From Burkholderiales bacterium (GTDB lineage Bacteria > Pseudomonadota > Gammaproteobacteria > Burkholderiales > Usitatibacteraceae): a DNA stretch of 64,000 nucleotides. Under the pieces are notes generated by a model, which searched no databases, was not told the origin of the DNA, and worked only from the letters and a program-made list of their open reading frames with translations. Shown in pieces: positions 20,216 through 30,224 of the stretch. The position numbers were made by a program, and so were the translations under genes. Positions within the stretch are counted from its first letter, which is position 1. Every line of letters begins with the position of its first letter. The stretch lies in assembly GCA_017853245.1 (NCBI GenBank), contig JAFMJY010000001.1:1434-65433 (forward strand), given 5' to 3'.

Positions 20216-21397
20216 ATGCTGCTGCAAGGCCTGCTGAACCTCCCCTGGTGGGGAGACCTCCTCGCCCTCCTCGTTCTCGTCCAGATCACCATCGCCGGCG
20301 TCACGCTCTACCTGCATCGGTGCCAGGCACACCGGGCGCTGGAGCTGCACCCGGTGGTGTCCCACTTCTTCCGGTTCTGGCTGTGGCTGACCACGGGGAT
20401 GATCACCAAGGAGTGGGCTGCGATCCACCGCAAGCACCACGCCAAGTGCGAAACCGAAGACGACCCGCACAGCCCGCAAATCCTGGGTATCCAGCGCGTG
20501 CTGTTTGGCGGCGTGATGCTCTACGTGAAGGAATCGCACGTGCCCGACACGATGCAGCGCTACGGCCACGGCACGCCCGACGACTGGCTCGAGCGCCACA
20601 TCTACACCCGTCGGCACAAGTGGGGCATCGTCGTCATGGCGCTGATCGACATCGCGCTCTTTGGCGTGGTGCCGGGGCTGCTCATCTTCGGCATCCAGAT
20701 GGCGTGGATCCCCTTCTGGGCTGCCGGCGTCATCAACGGCGCGGGCCACTTCTGGGGATACCGCAAGTTTCAGACCCAGGACGCGAGCACCAACCTCACG
20801 CCCCTCGCGCTGTGGATCGGTGGCGAGGAGTTGCACAACAACCACCACGCTTTCCCGACTTCGGCCAAGTTCTCGGTGCAGTGGTATGAGTTCGACATCG
20901 GCTGGCTCTACATCCGCCTGCTGTCGGCCCTCGGCCTCGCGCACGCCAAGAAGACGCCGCCCACCGTGAGGCTGCACAACGCCCAATCGGACGTCGATGC
21001 CGCCACCGTCCAGGCCATCGCCACCAACCGCTATGAAGTGCTGGCGCGCTATGCCAAATCCATGAAAACCGCGTGGAACGAAGAGGTGGCGCGCCTGCGC
21101 GAGGGCCAGCTTCTCGGCGACAGCGCCGCAGCACGGCGGCTTCGCCAGTGGGTCACTCGCGGCAACGCGCAATCGGCGGCCGAGAAGGCTGCCGTGGAGC
21201 AGGCGCTCGCCTCGAGCCCGCGCCTCGCGACGCTGTACCGGATGCGCGAGGAACTGGCTCGCGTCTGGGAGCGCTCCACCCTCTCCAGCGACCAACTCGT
21301 CCACCAACTCAAGGATTGGTGCGAGCGCGCCGAGGCAAGCGGCATCGAGGCACTGGCAGAGTTTTCGCGCCGGCTGCGGCGATACGCGCCGGCCTGA
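20216..21397 (+). CDS. Acyl-CoA/phospholipid delta-9-type fatty acid desaturase
   Basis: 393 aa with N-terminal TM helices. Three histidine boxes: HRCQAH, HRKHH, HNNHH. An AT-rich promoter region with TAGAAT lies upstream. Confidence 0.9.
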   Translation: MLLQGLLNLPWWGDLLALLVLVQITIAGVTLYLHRCQAHRALELHPVVSHFFRFWLWLTTGMITKEWAAIHRKHHAKCETEDDPHSPQILGIQRVLFGGVMLYVKESHVPDTMQRYGHGTPDDWLERHIYTRRHKWGIVVMALIDIALFGVVPGLLIFGIQMAWIPFWAAGVINGAGHFWGYRKFQTQDASTNLTPLALWIGGEELHNNHHAFPTSAKFSVQWYEFDIGWLYIRLLSALGLAHAKKTPPTVRLHNAQSDVDAATVQAIATNRYEVLARYAKSMKTAWNEEVARLREGQLLGDSAAARRLRQWVTRGNAQSAAEKAAVEQALASSPRLATLYRMREELARVWERSTLSSDQLVHQLKDWCERAEASGIEALAEFSRRLRRYAPA

Positions 21398-21421
21398 CGC
21401 GCGGCAGTCCAAGCCGCAAAC

Positions 21422-21450
21422 AAAAAGCCCCGCCGAGGCGGGGCTTTTTT
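21422..21450. terminator. Bidirectional intrinsic terminator between the desaturase gene and rpmG
   Basis: AAAAA-GCCCCG-ccgagg-CGGGGC-TTTTTT: a GC stem flanked by an A-run and a T-run between two convergent genes. Confidence 0.85.
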
Positions 21451-21470
21451 CATTGCCGAACCGAAGGCCG

Positions 21471-21626
21471 TTACTTGATCTTCGCTTCCTTGTACATGAC
21501 GTGCTTGCGCGCCTTGGGATCGTACTTCTTGATTTCGATCTTTTCGGGCGTGGTCTTCTTGTTCTTGGTGGTCGTGTAGAAATGGCCGGTGCCGGCGGAC
21601 GACTCGAGCTTGATTTTCTCGCGCAT
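21471..21626 (-). CDS. rpmG: 50S ribosomal protein L33
   Basis: My own translation (too short for the ORF track): [51 protein letters not shown]. It lies 10 nt downstream of rpmB. Confidence 0.95.
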   Translation of the reverse strand: MREKIKLESSAGTGHFYTTTKNKKTTPEKIEIKKYDPKARKHVMYKEAKIK

Positions 21627-21636
21627 GGCCGCTGCC

Positions 21637-21873
21637 TCAGATGGCCTCGCCGCGGGCGCGCATTTCGGCGAGCACGACGTCGATGCCTTTCTTGTTGATG
21701 GTGCGAAGGCCTGCGTTGGTGAGGCGCAGCTTCACGTAGCGGTTCTCGCTCTCCACCCACAGCTTGCGGTACTGCAGGTTGGGCAGATAGCGGCGCTTCG
21801 TCTTGTTGTTGGCATGGGAGACGTGGTTGCCCACGATTGGACCCTTGCCGGTGACCTGACAGACGCGAGACAT
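21637..21873 (-). CDS. rpmB: 50S ribosomal protein L28
   Basis: 78 aa: [34 protein letters not shown]... Confidence 0.97.
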   Translation of the reverse strand: MSRVCQVTGKGPIVGNHVSHANNKTKRRYLPNLQYRKLWVESENRYVKLRLTNAGLRTINKKGIDVVLAEMRARGEAI

Positions 21874-21951
21874 GGAAACTTCTCCGGGATGGGCCTGGGG
21901 ACCAACCCCCGAGGCGGAAAGCCCGCGATTATAGCCGTGCCGACCGCAGCC

Positions 21952-22605
21952 CTACAACAACCCCCGCTCCGCAAAGGACAGGGAGGCCCCGGGAGCGACG
22001 ATGAAGTGATCCACCACCCGGATGTCCACGAGCGCCAGGGCTTCCGTCAGCGCGCGCGTAAGTGCTTGATCCTGAAAGGAAGGCTCCGGGACGCCGGACG
22101 GGTGGTTATGGGCGAGGATGACGCTGGCCGCGTTGTGGGCCAGGGCTCTTTTCACCACCTCCCGGGGATAGACGCTGGTTTGCGTGAGGGTGCCGCGGAA
22201 GAGCTCCTCCGCGGCGAGGACCCGGTTGCGGGCATCGAGAAACGCCACCCAGAAAACTTCGTGCCCCAACGGGCCCAGGGCAAGGCGCAGGTAATCGCGC
22301 ACGGCGGCGGGCGACTCGAGGCTATCCCGCTGGCGCATTTGCTCCTCGATGGCTCGGCGCGCGAGCTCCCGGGCCACGGCCAACTGGGCGGCACCCCGGG
22401 CCCCCACCCCTGGCACGGACGCGACTTCCTCCACGCGCGTATCCAGCACGCGGGCAAGGCCGCCGTAGCGCTTGAGCAGGGCACTGGCAGCGGCCTCAGG
22501 AGGGGTTCGGGCGCCGGCAGGGCGCAGGGCGAGTGCCAGAAGTTCCGCCTCCGAGAGCGCGGCAGCACCTCGGGTGGCAAGTCTTTCGCGGGCAGGCAGG
22601 GGCAT
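21952..22605 (-). CDS. radC: RadC-family (JAMM-like) protein
   Basis: ORF 21952..22638. The second Met (22605) is preferred. The C-terminal motif is [17 protein letters not shown]. Confidence 0.9.
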   Translation of the reverse strand: MPLPARERLATRGAAALSEAELLALALRPAGARTPPEAAASALLKRYGGLARVLDTRVEEVASVPGVGARGAAQLAVARELARRAIEEQMRQRDSLESPAAVRDYLRLALGPLGHEVFWVAFLDARNRVLAAEELFRGTLTQTSVYPREVVKRALAHNAASVILAHNHPSGVPEPSFQDQALTRALTEALALVDIRVVDHFIVAPGASLSFAERGLL

Positions 22606-22676
22606 GGCTGCGGAGCCTCTCCAGTAGAATGTGGGCATGCAAGGGACTGATACAGCGGGACTTTCCCGGAAATGCC

Positions 22677-23900
22677 ATGGCTAGCGCCCGGCGGGTATTG
22701 CTTGGCGTGACGGGAGGCGTTGCGGCCTACAAGGCCGCGGAGCTTGCGCGCCTGCTCATTCGGAATAACGTTTCGGTGCGAGTCGCGATGACAGAAGCCG
22801 GCGCGCGCTTTGTCGGGCCCGCCACCTTTCAGGCGCTCACTGGCCAGCCCGTCATGACAAGCCTGTGGGACGAAAGCGTCCCGAACGCCATGGGACATAT
22901 CGCGCTCTCCCGGGAGGCCGACGCCATCGTCATTGCGCCGGCGAGCGCCAACTTCATCGCGAAGCTTGCGCAGGGCTTGGCTGATGACCTGCTCTCCACC
23001 CTGTGCCTCGCCCGCAATTGCCCGCTGCTGGTCGCCCCGGCGATGAACCGGGAGATGTGGGACAACGCCGCGACGCAGCGCAACATCGAGCAACTGCGTG
23101 CGGATGGCGTGGCCATCCTGGGCCCCGCAAGGGGGGAACAGGCGTGCGGCGAGACCGGCTTGGGCCGAATGCTCGAGCCGCAGGAGTTGCTCGAGGGGAT
23201 CCTCGGCGCCTTCGCACCGCGCGTGCTGGAGGGTCGCAAGGTGCTGGTCACAGCCGGGCCGACATTCGAGGCAATCGACACGGTGCGCGGCATCACGAAT
23301 CGCAGCTCGGGGAAGATGGGCTACGCCATCGCCGAGGCAGCTGCTGCCCGCGGCGCCGAGGTGGTTCTCGTCTCCGGCCCCACGTCACTGGCCGAGCCGG
23401 CTGGCATGCGCGTCGTTCGGGTGACGAGTGCCGCCCAAATGTGGAAGGCCGTGCAGGAGAGCCTGTCCGGCACGGACCTCTTTTTCTCTGTCGCGGCGGT
23501 GGCGGATTACGCGCCCGCGACGGTGTCTTCGCGAAAGATCAAGAAGTCGGCTTCGGCCATGACGCTTGCACTGGAACCCACGATCGACATCCTTGCCCAC
23601 GTGGCGTCGATGCCGCACGGGCCGCTCTGCGTGGGATTCGCCGCCGAAAGCGAGAACCTTGCCGACTACGCGCAGGCCAAGCGTGCGCGGAAGAAAATCC
23701 CGATGATCGTCGCGAACCTGGTGCAATCCGCGGTCGGCGCCGACGAGAATGAAGTCACGATCTACGACGACTCGGGCGCCCACCCCGTGCCCAAGGCCAC
23801 CAAGGCCCGCGTTGCCGCCGCGGTTGTCGACCATGCCGTGCGCCTCATGCCTGCGAAACGGCGTGGGGCGGCTGTGCGCCCCATCCGGCGTGCGTCCTGA
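22677..23900 (+). CDS. coaBC: Bifunctional phosphopantothenoylcysteine decarboxylase / phosphopantothenate--cysteine ligase
   Basis: ATG 22677 inside ORF 22533..23900. [38 protein letters not shown]. Confidence 0.95.
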   Translation: MASARRVLLGVTGGVAAYKAAELARLLIRNNVSVRVAMTEAGARFVGPATFQALTGQPVMTSLWDESVPNAMGHIALSREADAIVIAPASANFIAKLAQGLADDLLSTLCLARNCPLLVAPAMNREMWDNAATQRNIEQLRADGVAILGPARGEQACGETGLGRMLEPQELLEGILGAFAPRVLEGRKVLVTAGPTFEAIDTVRGITNRSSGKMGYAIAEAAAARGAEVVLVSGPTSLAEPAGMRVVRVTSAAQMWKAVQESLSGTDLFFSVAAVADYAPATVSSRKIKKSASAMTLALEPTIDILAHVASMPHGPLCVGFAAESENLADYAQAKRARKKIPMIVANLVQSAVGADENEVTIYDDSGAHPVPKATKARVAAAVVDHAVRLMPAKRRGAAVRPIRRAS

Positions 23901-23928
23901 CCGCCGCGCTCGCGCGGCCCTCGAAGAA

Positions 23929-24378
23929 ATGAAGACACTCGACGTCAAGATTCTCGACGAGCGCCTGCGCTCGCAGATGCCGCAGTACGCCACCGCCGGC
24001 GCTGCGGGCCTGGACCTGCGCGCCTGCCTACCGGAACCGCTCACGCTGCACCCGGGCGAGACGGCGCTCATTCCGGCGGGCCTCGCCATCCACCTCGGCG
24101 ACCCGACGCTCGCTGCGATGATCATTCCCCGCTCGGGCCTCGGCCACAAGCACGGCATCGTGCTCGGGAACCTCGTGGGCCTGATCGACTCCGACTATCA
24201 GGGCCAGCTCTTCGTCTCCTGCTGGAACCGGGGGCGGGAAGCCTTCATCGTGAACCCGATGGAGCGCATCGCCCAATTGGTCGTCGTGCCGGTCGTGCAG
24301 GTGAAGCTGAACGTGGTGGACTCGTTCGAGGCCAGCGCCCGAGGCGATGGCGGCTTCGGCTCCACCGGCAAGCACTGA
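23929..24378 (+). CDS. dut: dUTP diphosphatase
   Basis: ATG 23929 inside ORF 23749..24378. [46 protein letters not shown]. Confidence 0.96.
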   Translation: MKTLDVKILDERLRSQMPQYATAGAAGLDLRACLPEPLTLHPGETALIPAGLAIHLGDPTLAAMIIPRSGLGHKHGIVLGNLVGLIDSDYQGQLFVSCWNRGREAFIVNPMERIAQLVVVPVVQVKLNVVDSFEASARGDGGFGSTGKH

Positions 24379-24399
24379 ACTCACCCGGACACCCCACTC

Positions 24400-24765
24400 A
24401 TGCAAGGCATCATTCTTTTCGCTCATGGCGCCCGCGACCCCGGGTGGGCCAAGCCATTTCTGGAAATCCGCGACCGCGTACGCGCGCGCCGGCCGGGCAC
24501 GGAGGTGGAGCTCGCGTTTCTGGAGCTCATGCAGCCGCTGCTCCCCGACACGGTGCATTGCCTCGCCAGCCGCGGCGCACGCGCTATCACCATCTTTCCG
24601 ATATTCATGGCCCAGGGCGGGCACCTCAAGAAGGACCTGCCGCGTATCGTGGAAGAACTGCGCGCCGAAATACCGGGGATCACCATCACCATCGAGACCG
24701 CCGTCGGCGACGTGCCGGAGATTCTCGAATCCATTGCCGCCTGGGTCGTCGACCGGGCGCGCTGA
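24400..24765 (+). CDS. CbiX/SirB N-terminal-domain protein (single-domain chelatase-like)
   Basis: 121 aa. ILFAHGARDPGW...IFPIFMAQGGHLKKDLP matches the short CbiX-type fold pattern. Confidence 0.75.
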   Translation: MQGIILFAHGARDPGWAKPFLEIRDRVRARRPGTEVELAFLELMQPLLPDTVHCLASRGARAITIFPIFMAQGGHLKKDLPRIVEELRAEIPGITITIETAVGDVPEILESIAAWVVDRAR

Positions 24766-24775
24766 GGCGATCATC

Positions 24776-25243
24776 GTGCTGCGCAACGCCCTCGCCTCCC
24801 TGCTTGCCGCTATGTCGCTCGCCTTTGCGGGCTCGGGCGTGCTCGCGCAGGAGTTCGGCCAGCCCCAGCCGAAGCTCCGGACCATTCCCCTCCAAGTGGG
24901 TGGCCACACGCTCATCGCTGAGGTTGCGGCCACGCCAGAGCAGCACATGCGCGGCATGATGTTCCGCAAGAGCATTGGGAAAAACGACGCGATGCTGTTC
25001 GTATTTGACGAGCTCGCCTATCGAAGCATGTGGATGAAGAACACGCTGATCCCGCTGTCGGTGGCGTTCCTGGACAAGGACGGCCGAGTCCTGAACATTC
25101 GCGACATGCAGCCTCAAACCGTGGACTACCATGGCTCCGAAGGCCCGGCGCTCTACGCCATCGAGACCAACGTGGGCTGGTTTGCGGAGAGAAAGATCAA
25201 GGCGGGCGACCGGGTCACCGGCTTGCCGCGCCCCTCAAAGTAG
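24776..25243 (+). CDS. DUF192 domain protein (secreted)
   Basis: GTG 24776 inside ORF 24347..25243. Signal peptide, then LIAEVAATPEQHMRGMMFR...MLFVFD...MWMKNTLIPLSVAFLD. Confidence 0.75.
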   Translation: MLRNALASLLAAMSLAFAGSGVLAQEFGQPQPKLRTIPLQVGGHTLIAEVAATPEQHMRGMMFRKSIGKNDAMLFVFDELAYRSMWMKNTLIPLSVAFLDKDGRVLNIRDMQPQTVDYHGSEGPALYAIETNVGWFAERKIKAGDRVTGLPRPSK

Positions 25244-25312
25244 CGTGATTGTCGTGTATCGCTAGCACGCCTCTCCGTGTACACCGCAACCCCCTCCACC
25301 GAAAGGATCGCC

Positions 25313-25780
25313 ATGAAATTCGCCACTGCATCGATTGCTGCCGCCCTTGCCCTCGCCACCGCCCTGCCTGCCTCGGCCCAAACGCAGAAGCCCGAGGATG
25401 AAATTCGCTATCGCCAGTCCGTGCTCAACGTCGTCGGCCGCGCCATGGGGCCCATGGGTGCCATGGCACAAGGCAAGGCGCCGTTCAACGCTGCCGTCGT
25501 GCAGAAGAACTCGGCGCTCATCGAAACGATGATGTCGCTGCCCTGGGATTCCTTCGGCGCCGGCACTGACAAGGGCGCGCCCACCAAAGCGGACATGAAG
25601 ATCTGGAAAGAAGCAGCCAAGTTCAAGCAGGCCGCCGAGTCTTCGCAAAGGGCTTCCACCGCGCTCGTGGCCGCCGCCAAGGGCGGCAACGAAGCCGCGT
25701 TCAAGGCCGCCTTCGGCGAACTGGGCAAGACCTGCAAGGGCTGCCACGACGACTTCCGCCTGAAGGAATTCCGTAACTGA
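25313..25780 (+). CDS. Cytochrome c' (class II c-type cytochrome)
   Basis: ATG 25313 follows GAAAGGA. Signal peptide, a helical body, and the C-terminal heme motif CKGCHDDF. Confidence 0.9.
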   Translation: MKFATASIAAALALATALPASAQTQKPEDEIRYRQSVLNVVGRAMGPMGAMAQGKAPFNAAVVQKNSALIETMMSLPWDSFGAGTDKGAPTKADMKIWKEAAKFKQAAESSQRASTALVAAAKGGNEAAFKAAFGELGKTCKGCHDDFRLKEFRN

Positions 25781-25828
25781 TTGAGGGTACTCAAGGGCAC
25801 TGAGGTGCTCCTGGCGTAGGTTGGCGCG

Positions 25829-27124
25829 ATGGCCAACGCCACCGCGCCAACCCTCACGCAAGCGCTTCAGCCCGCCCTCGCCGAACATCGAAGGCAATCG
25901 CGCCGCCTGCGGTGGATCGGCATCACCGTCGCCGTGCTGGCGCTCGCGGTGTCGGCTTGGCTGCTTCTCCAGTCGCATGGCGAGCAGCCCGCAGGGCGGT
26001 ACGTCACTCAGGCGTGCAACCGGGGCAACCTCTCGGTAACGGTCTCGGCCACCGGCACCCTGCAACCCACCACGTCGGTCGACGTCGGTAGCGAGCAATC
26101 GGGCACCGTCGCTGCCGTGCTGGCCCAGGAAAACGATCGTGTCACGAAGGGCCAGCTGCTCGCGCAACTGGATACCGCGAAGCTCAAGGACGCCGTCATC
26201 CGCTCCCAGGCCGCCCTGGTCGCCGCCGAAGCCATGGTGGCGCAGACGGCCGCCACCGTAGCGGAATCGAGGGCCCAGCTCGCGCGCTTGAGGCGCGTTT
26301 CTGAGCTCTCGGGAGGTACGCTGCCCTCCCAGCAAGACCTTGAGACCGCCGAAGCTGCGGCGAAACGCGCCGTGGCCAACGAAGCCAGCGCCCGCGCGGC
26401 GGTGACTCAGGCGCGCGCCGTGCTCACCTCAGACGAAACGAGCCTCGGCAAGGCCACGATCCGATCGCCGGTCGACGGCGTCGTCCTCACGCGCAAGGTC
26501 GAGCCCGGCCAGAGTGTGGCGGCCACAATGACCGTGCCGGTGCTCTTCACGCTCGCCCAGGACCTCACCCGCATGGAACTCCAGGTGAAGGTGGATGAGG
26601 CGGACGTGGGCACGGTGAAATTGGGGCAACCCGCCACCTTCACCGTCGCCGCGTGGCCGGGGCGGCAGTTTCCCGCCACGCTCAAGCGAGTGGGCCTGGG
26701 CTCCACGCTCACCGACAACGTCGTCACCTACAAGACGATCCTGGATGTGAAGAACGAGGATCTCGCGCTACGGCCTGGAATGACTGCCACCGCCTCGATC
26801 ATCACCGCGAACCGGGAGAACGTGCTGCTGGTGCCCAACGCCGCCCTTCGGTTCTCCCCCGAAGCCAACGCGTTGGCGACCAAGGAACCGCAGAGGAGCT
26901 GGGTGTCGAAGCTCATGCCGCGGCCGCCCGCGCCGCCACCCCGCCGCGACGGCGCATCCGCCGCGCGCACCGGCGCGCCTCAGGTGTGGGTGCTGGAGGA
27001 AGGCAAGCCGCGAGCGATTGCCATCAGCACAGGCGTGACCAACGGACGCGTCACCGAAGTCACTGGCGGCGAGCTGAAACCCGGCATGGCCGTCGTGACG
27101 GACTACGTGGAATCACGAAAGTGA
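25829..27124 (+). CDS. Efflux transporter periplasmic adaptor (HlyD/MacA-like)
   Basis: 431 aa. N-terminal TM anchor, a long coiled-coil region (Ala/Gln/Glu-rich) and barrel-sandwich motifs (IRSPVDGVVLTRKVEPGQSV). Confidence 0.88.
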   Translation: MANATAPTLTQALQPALAEHRRQSRRLRWIGITVAVLALAVSAWLLLQSHGEQPAGRYVTQACNRGNLSVTVSATGTLQPTTSVDVGSEQSGTVAAVLAQENDRVTKGQLLAQLDTAKLKDAVIRSQAALVAAEAMVAQTAATVAESRAQLARLRRVSELSGGTLPSQQDLETAEAAAKRAVANEASARAAVTQARAVLTSDETSLGKATIRSPVDGVVLTRKVEPGQSVAATMTVPVLFTLAQDLTRMELQVKVDEADVGTVKLGQPATFTVAAWPGRQFPATLKRVGLGSTLTDNVVTYKTILDVKNEDLALRPGMTATASIITANRENVLLVPNAALRFSPEANALATKEPQRSWVSKLMPRPPAPPPRRDGASAARTGAPQVWVLEEGKPRAIAISTGVTNGRVTEVTGGELKPGMAVVTDYVESRK

Positions 27125-27840
27125 GTGCCGCGGGCGCCCCGTCGCTCATCGCGCTGCACGGCATCACCAAGACGTACGGCAGCGGGCAGGCAGCCTTTCA
27201 GGCGCTCGAGGGCATCGACCTTACAGTAGAGGCGGGCGAATTCGTCGCGGTGATGGGGCCCAGCGGTTCCGGGAAGTCCACAGCGATGAACATCATCGGC
27301 TGCCTCGACGTGCCGACTTCGGGCCAGTATCTCTTTCAGGGTATTCACGTCGAGGACCTCGCGCGCAATGAACGGGCGCTCTTGCGCCGGCACAGCCTGG
27401 GCTTCGTGTTCCAGGGGTTCAACCTCCTCGCGCGCACCTCAGCCCAGGAGAACGTCGAACTGCCCCTGCTGTATCGACGCGCCGAGGCGCCGATCCGCCA
27501 CGCAGCGGCCAAGGCAGCACTCGCGCGGGTAGGCCTTGCCGGATGGGAACACCACACGCCCGCAGAGCTTTCCGGGGGTCAGCAACAGCGAGTGGCCATC
27601 GCGCGAGCCATCGTCACCAACCCTGCCGTGCTGCTAGCCGACGAACCCACGGGAAACCTCGACACCAAGCGCGGCCACGAGACCATGGCGCTACTCGAGC
27701 AGTTGAATCGCGAGCAGGGCATCACCGTCATCATGGTGACCCACGAAGCGGACATGGCCGCCTATGCGCGGCGCATCGTCTCCTTTGTGGATGGTCGCGT
27801 CGCGAGGGACGAGCGCAGGCAGGCCCCCGCGTGCTCCTGA
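27121..27840 (+). CDS. ABC transporter ATP-binding protein (MacB/LolD-like)
   Basis: GTG 27121 overlaps the adaptor stop (GTGA). Walker A GPSGSGKST, signature LSGGQQQRVAIARA, Walker B LLADEPTGNLD. Confidence 0.92.
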   Translation: MSAAGAPSLIALHGITKTYGSGQAAFQALEGIDLTVEAGEFVAVMGPSGSGKSTAMNIIGCLDVPTSGQYLFQGIHVEDLARNERALLRRHSLGFVFQGFNLLARTSAQENVELPLLYRRAEAPIRHAAAKAALARVGLAGWEHHTPAELSGGQQQRVAIARAIVTNPAVLLADEPTGNLDTKRGHETMALLEQLNREQGITVIMVTHEADMAAYARRIVSFVDGRVARDERRQAPACS

Positions 27841-29039
27841 GCGCCTTCCTCGTCGCCCTGCGCGAGATCCGCCGAAATCTGATGCGCTCGTTCTTGACCA
27901 TCCTCGGCATCGTGATCGGCGTGGCGGCTGTCATCACCATGGTGACGCTCGGCAACGGCGCCACCAAGGTGGTGGCTGACCAGATTTCGAGCCTTGGCAG
28001 CAACCTCGTGGTGATGCGGCCCGGCCAGCGCATCGGCCCCGGGCGGGACAGCGCCGGCTCACCGCCCTTCCAACGCGCCGACATCGAAGCCATTCGCTCC
28101 CAGATCAGCGGGCTGCAGGAGGTGGCACCTGTCGTGGGCCGAGGCATGACGCTGGTGGCGGGCAACAATAACTGGTCGACCACCGTCAACGGCACCACCA
28201 ATGCCTACCTTGCAGCGGGCAACTGGCGGCTCGGCGCCGGGCGGGAATTCTCGGAGGACGAGGAGCGCGCGGGGAAGGCCGTGTGCATCATTGGCAACAC
28301 CATTCGGCGGGAGCTCTTCGGGGGTCAGAACCCGCTTGGGGAGCAGATCCGCCTGAAGGGCTTCACCTGCCAGGTCATTGGCCTGCTCGCCTCCAAGGGC
28401 CAGGGTGGCATGGGTATGGACCAAGATGACGTGATACTGCTGCCGCTCGTGACTGTGCAGCGACGCATCACTGGCAACCAGGACATTCCAACGGTGCTGA
28501 TTTCACTGCGCGATGGCGTCGAATCCGCCACGGCAATGGCACAGATCCGGCTGCTCATGCAGGAGCGGCGGAAACTCTCGGAGAACGAGTCCGACAACTT
28601 CAACCTGATGGACACACGCCAGATCGCGGAGACACTCTCCGGCACTATCCGCACGATGACGGGCCTGCTCGGCGCCGTCGCAGCCGTGAGCCTGCTGGTG
28701 GGCGGTATCGGGATCATGAACATCATGCTGGTGTCGGTGACGGAGCGCACGCGCGAAATCGGCATTCGGCTCGCGATCGGCGCCCTCGAGCATGAGGTGC
28801 TGCTGCAATTTCTGATCGAAGCGGTAGTGCTTTCGGCCTTAGGCGGCCTGGTGGGCATCGCCATCGCCTTTGGCGCGTGCTTGTTGCTTTCGTCCCTGAT
28901 GGGAATGCCGTTCCTCTTCGATCCCGGCATCAACCTGATGTCGTTCGCGTTCTCAGCCGCGATCGGCGTGGTGTTCGGGTTTTTCCCGGCACGGCGTGCA
29001 GCTCAGCTTGACCCCATCCAGGCGCTACGCCACGAGTAA
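27831..29039 (+). CDS. ABC transporter permease, FtsX/MacB-type
   Basis: GTG 27831 has a 10-nt overlap with the ATPase gene. N-terminal TM (MRSFLTILGIVIGVAAVI), a periplasmic domain and a C-terminal FtsX-like 3-TM bundle (ERTREIGIRLAIGA). Confidence 0.9.
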   Translation: MLLSAFLVALREIRRNLMRSFLTILGIVIGVAAVITMVTLGNGATKVVADQISSLGSNLVVMRPGQRIGPGRDSAGSPPFQRADIEAIRSQISGLQEVAPVVGRGMTLVAGNNNWSTTVNGTTNAYLAAGNWRLGAGREFSEDEERAGKAVCIIGNTIRRELFGGQNPLGEQIRLKGFTCQVIGLLASKGQGGMGMDQDDVILLPLVTVQRRITGNQDIPTVLISLRDGVESATAMAQIRLLMQERRKLSENESDNFNLMDTRQIAETLSGTIRTMTGLLGAVAAVSLLVGGIGIMNIMLVSVTERTREIGIRLAIGALEHEVLLQFLIEAVVLSALGGLVGIAIAFGACLLLSSLMGMPFLFDPGINLMSFAFSAAIGVVFGFFPARRAAQLDPIQALRHE

Positions 29040-29046
29040 GGCTGCG

Positions 29047-29739
29047 TCAGGCTTTCGTCACCAGCCACCACACGCTGTAACTCACCGCTGCAGCCACGGC
29101 CAACCCCAGAAAAATATTGCCACCGCGCGAGGCATCCTCGGGATTTACCGAGCTCACGCGCTTGAAGCCGGTCACCATGGCCGGCACAAGGTTGGCCTTC
29201 TTCACGATCGCGTAGTAGGCGATTGCCAGCAGGTGCAGAGCCACCAGCGCCAGCACGACCCAGATGACCGCCGTATGGATCGCGTTCATGCGATCCGACA
29301 CCGCGCGGCTCACGTGCTTGGCCAGTGGTGCCGCGAAGCCGTAATCCTCGAGCGAAATGAAGAGGCCCGTGACGGCCTGGGTGCCCACCGCCATCAACAT
29401 CGCCATGACCGACCAGCCGCCGAGCGGGTTGTGTCCCAGGGCTGCCGGGCCATCGCGGGGCTTTGACAGCGCGGCGAGATAGAGAGCGACCGAGCGCGGG
29501 CCCCTCAGGAAATTCACGAAGCAGGCGTACGTGCCGCCTATCACACCCCAGACAAGGCGGAACACCACGAGGCCGAGCGCGCAATAACCGGAGCGCAGGT
29601 GCCAATCGATGGTCGAGGACCCGAAGATGCCGTTGAAGAAACCGGTCAAGGCGCTCGTCGTGATGCAGGCCACCAGCAGCCAGTGAAACAGGCGGGTCGG
29701 CAGATCCCAGACGCGCACCTCCATGGGGGGCTGGCTCAT
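29047..29739 (-). CDS. Cytochrome b561-family (Ni/Fe-hydrogenase b-type cytochrome-like) membrane protein
   Basis: 230 aa. VWDLPTRLFHWLL and GHNPLGGWS motifs, four TM helices. Confidence 0.85.
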   Translation of the reverse strand: MSQPPMEVRVWDLPTRLFHWLLVACITTSALTGFFNGIFGSSTIDWHLRSGYCALGLVVFRLVWGVIGGTYACFVNFLRGPRSVALYLAALSKPRDGPAALGHNPLGGWSVMAMLMAVGTQAVTGLFISLEDYGFAAPLAKHVSRAVSDRMNAIHTAVIWVVLALVALHLLAIAYYAIVKKANLVPAMVTGFKRVSSVNPEDASRGGNIFLGLAVAAAVSYSVWWLVTKA

Positions 29740-29907
29740 CCTGGGAGACGAACCACTATGACAAGGCCAACGATGAGGCTGCCGGCGAGGGGCTTGGGGG
29801 AAATCTTCATCTCGCTTGATTTTACGTGAGCCCCTCGCACCCGACCCCTCCGCTCAAGACTCATCCGGCAATTAGCCGTACAAAGGCGCCACTCAAGAGA
29901 TCAATCC

Positions 29908-30184
29908 ATGGCAGCCAAGACCCCCCATCGCTTTCACAACGATCCAAAGGTCCAACGGCCCGGCTTGAGGCGCGCATCAGCCATGACTTGCATTTGACGG
30001 TAGAGCGCGCGGCCGAAATCCAAGGCTGCGAGCATCCAGCGAGATCGCCGCCTACGCCCTGATCGTCGAAGGGAGGGACTCGACTGCAGCCGCGTTCTAC
30101 GCCCACCTCGGAATCATGGCCTTCCCGGAGCAGCCACTGCTGATGTTTCTCCCGCTCGCGACGGTGAAAGCACTATTGCCCTAA
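29908..30184 (+). pseudogene. Remnant of a TacA/TacT-type (DUF1778 antitoxin / GNAT toxin) module: frameshifted antitoxin 5' part fused to the last ~47 codons of the toxin
   Basis: ATG 29908 gives MAAKTPHRFHNDPK. In another frame the text continues GPTARLEARISHDLHLTVERAAEIQG (DUF1778-like RLExRxS...ERAA). From 30041 a third frame gives EIAAYALIVEGRDSTAAAFYAHLGIMAFPEQPLLMFLPLATVKALLP*, the typical C-terminus of TacT-like acetyltransferases. Confidence 0.6.
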
Positions 30185-30224
30185 GCGTCAACGTCTCGGG
30201 GCGCCCAGCGCCGTAGAATGCCCC

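Noticed and set aside
20081-21760. 559-aa minus-strand ORF across the desaturase gene, terminator and rpmG
   Set aside because: It runs through a clear intrinsic terminator and is antisense to a desaturase with all three His boxes. The sequence is low-complexity and Arg/Pro-rich.
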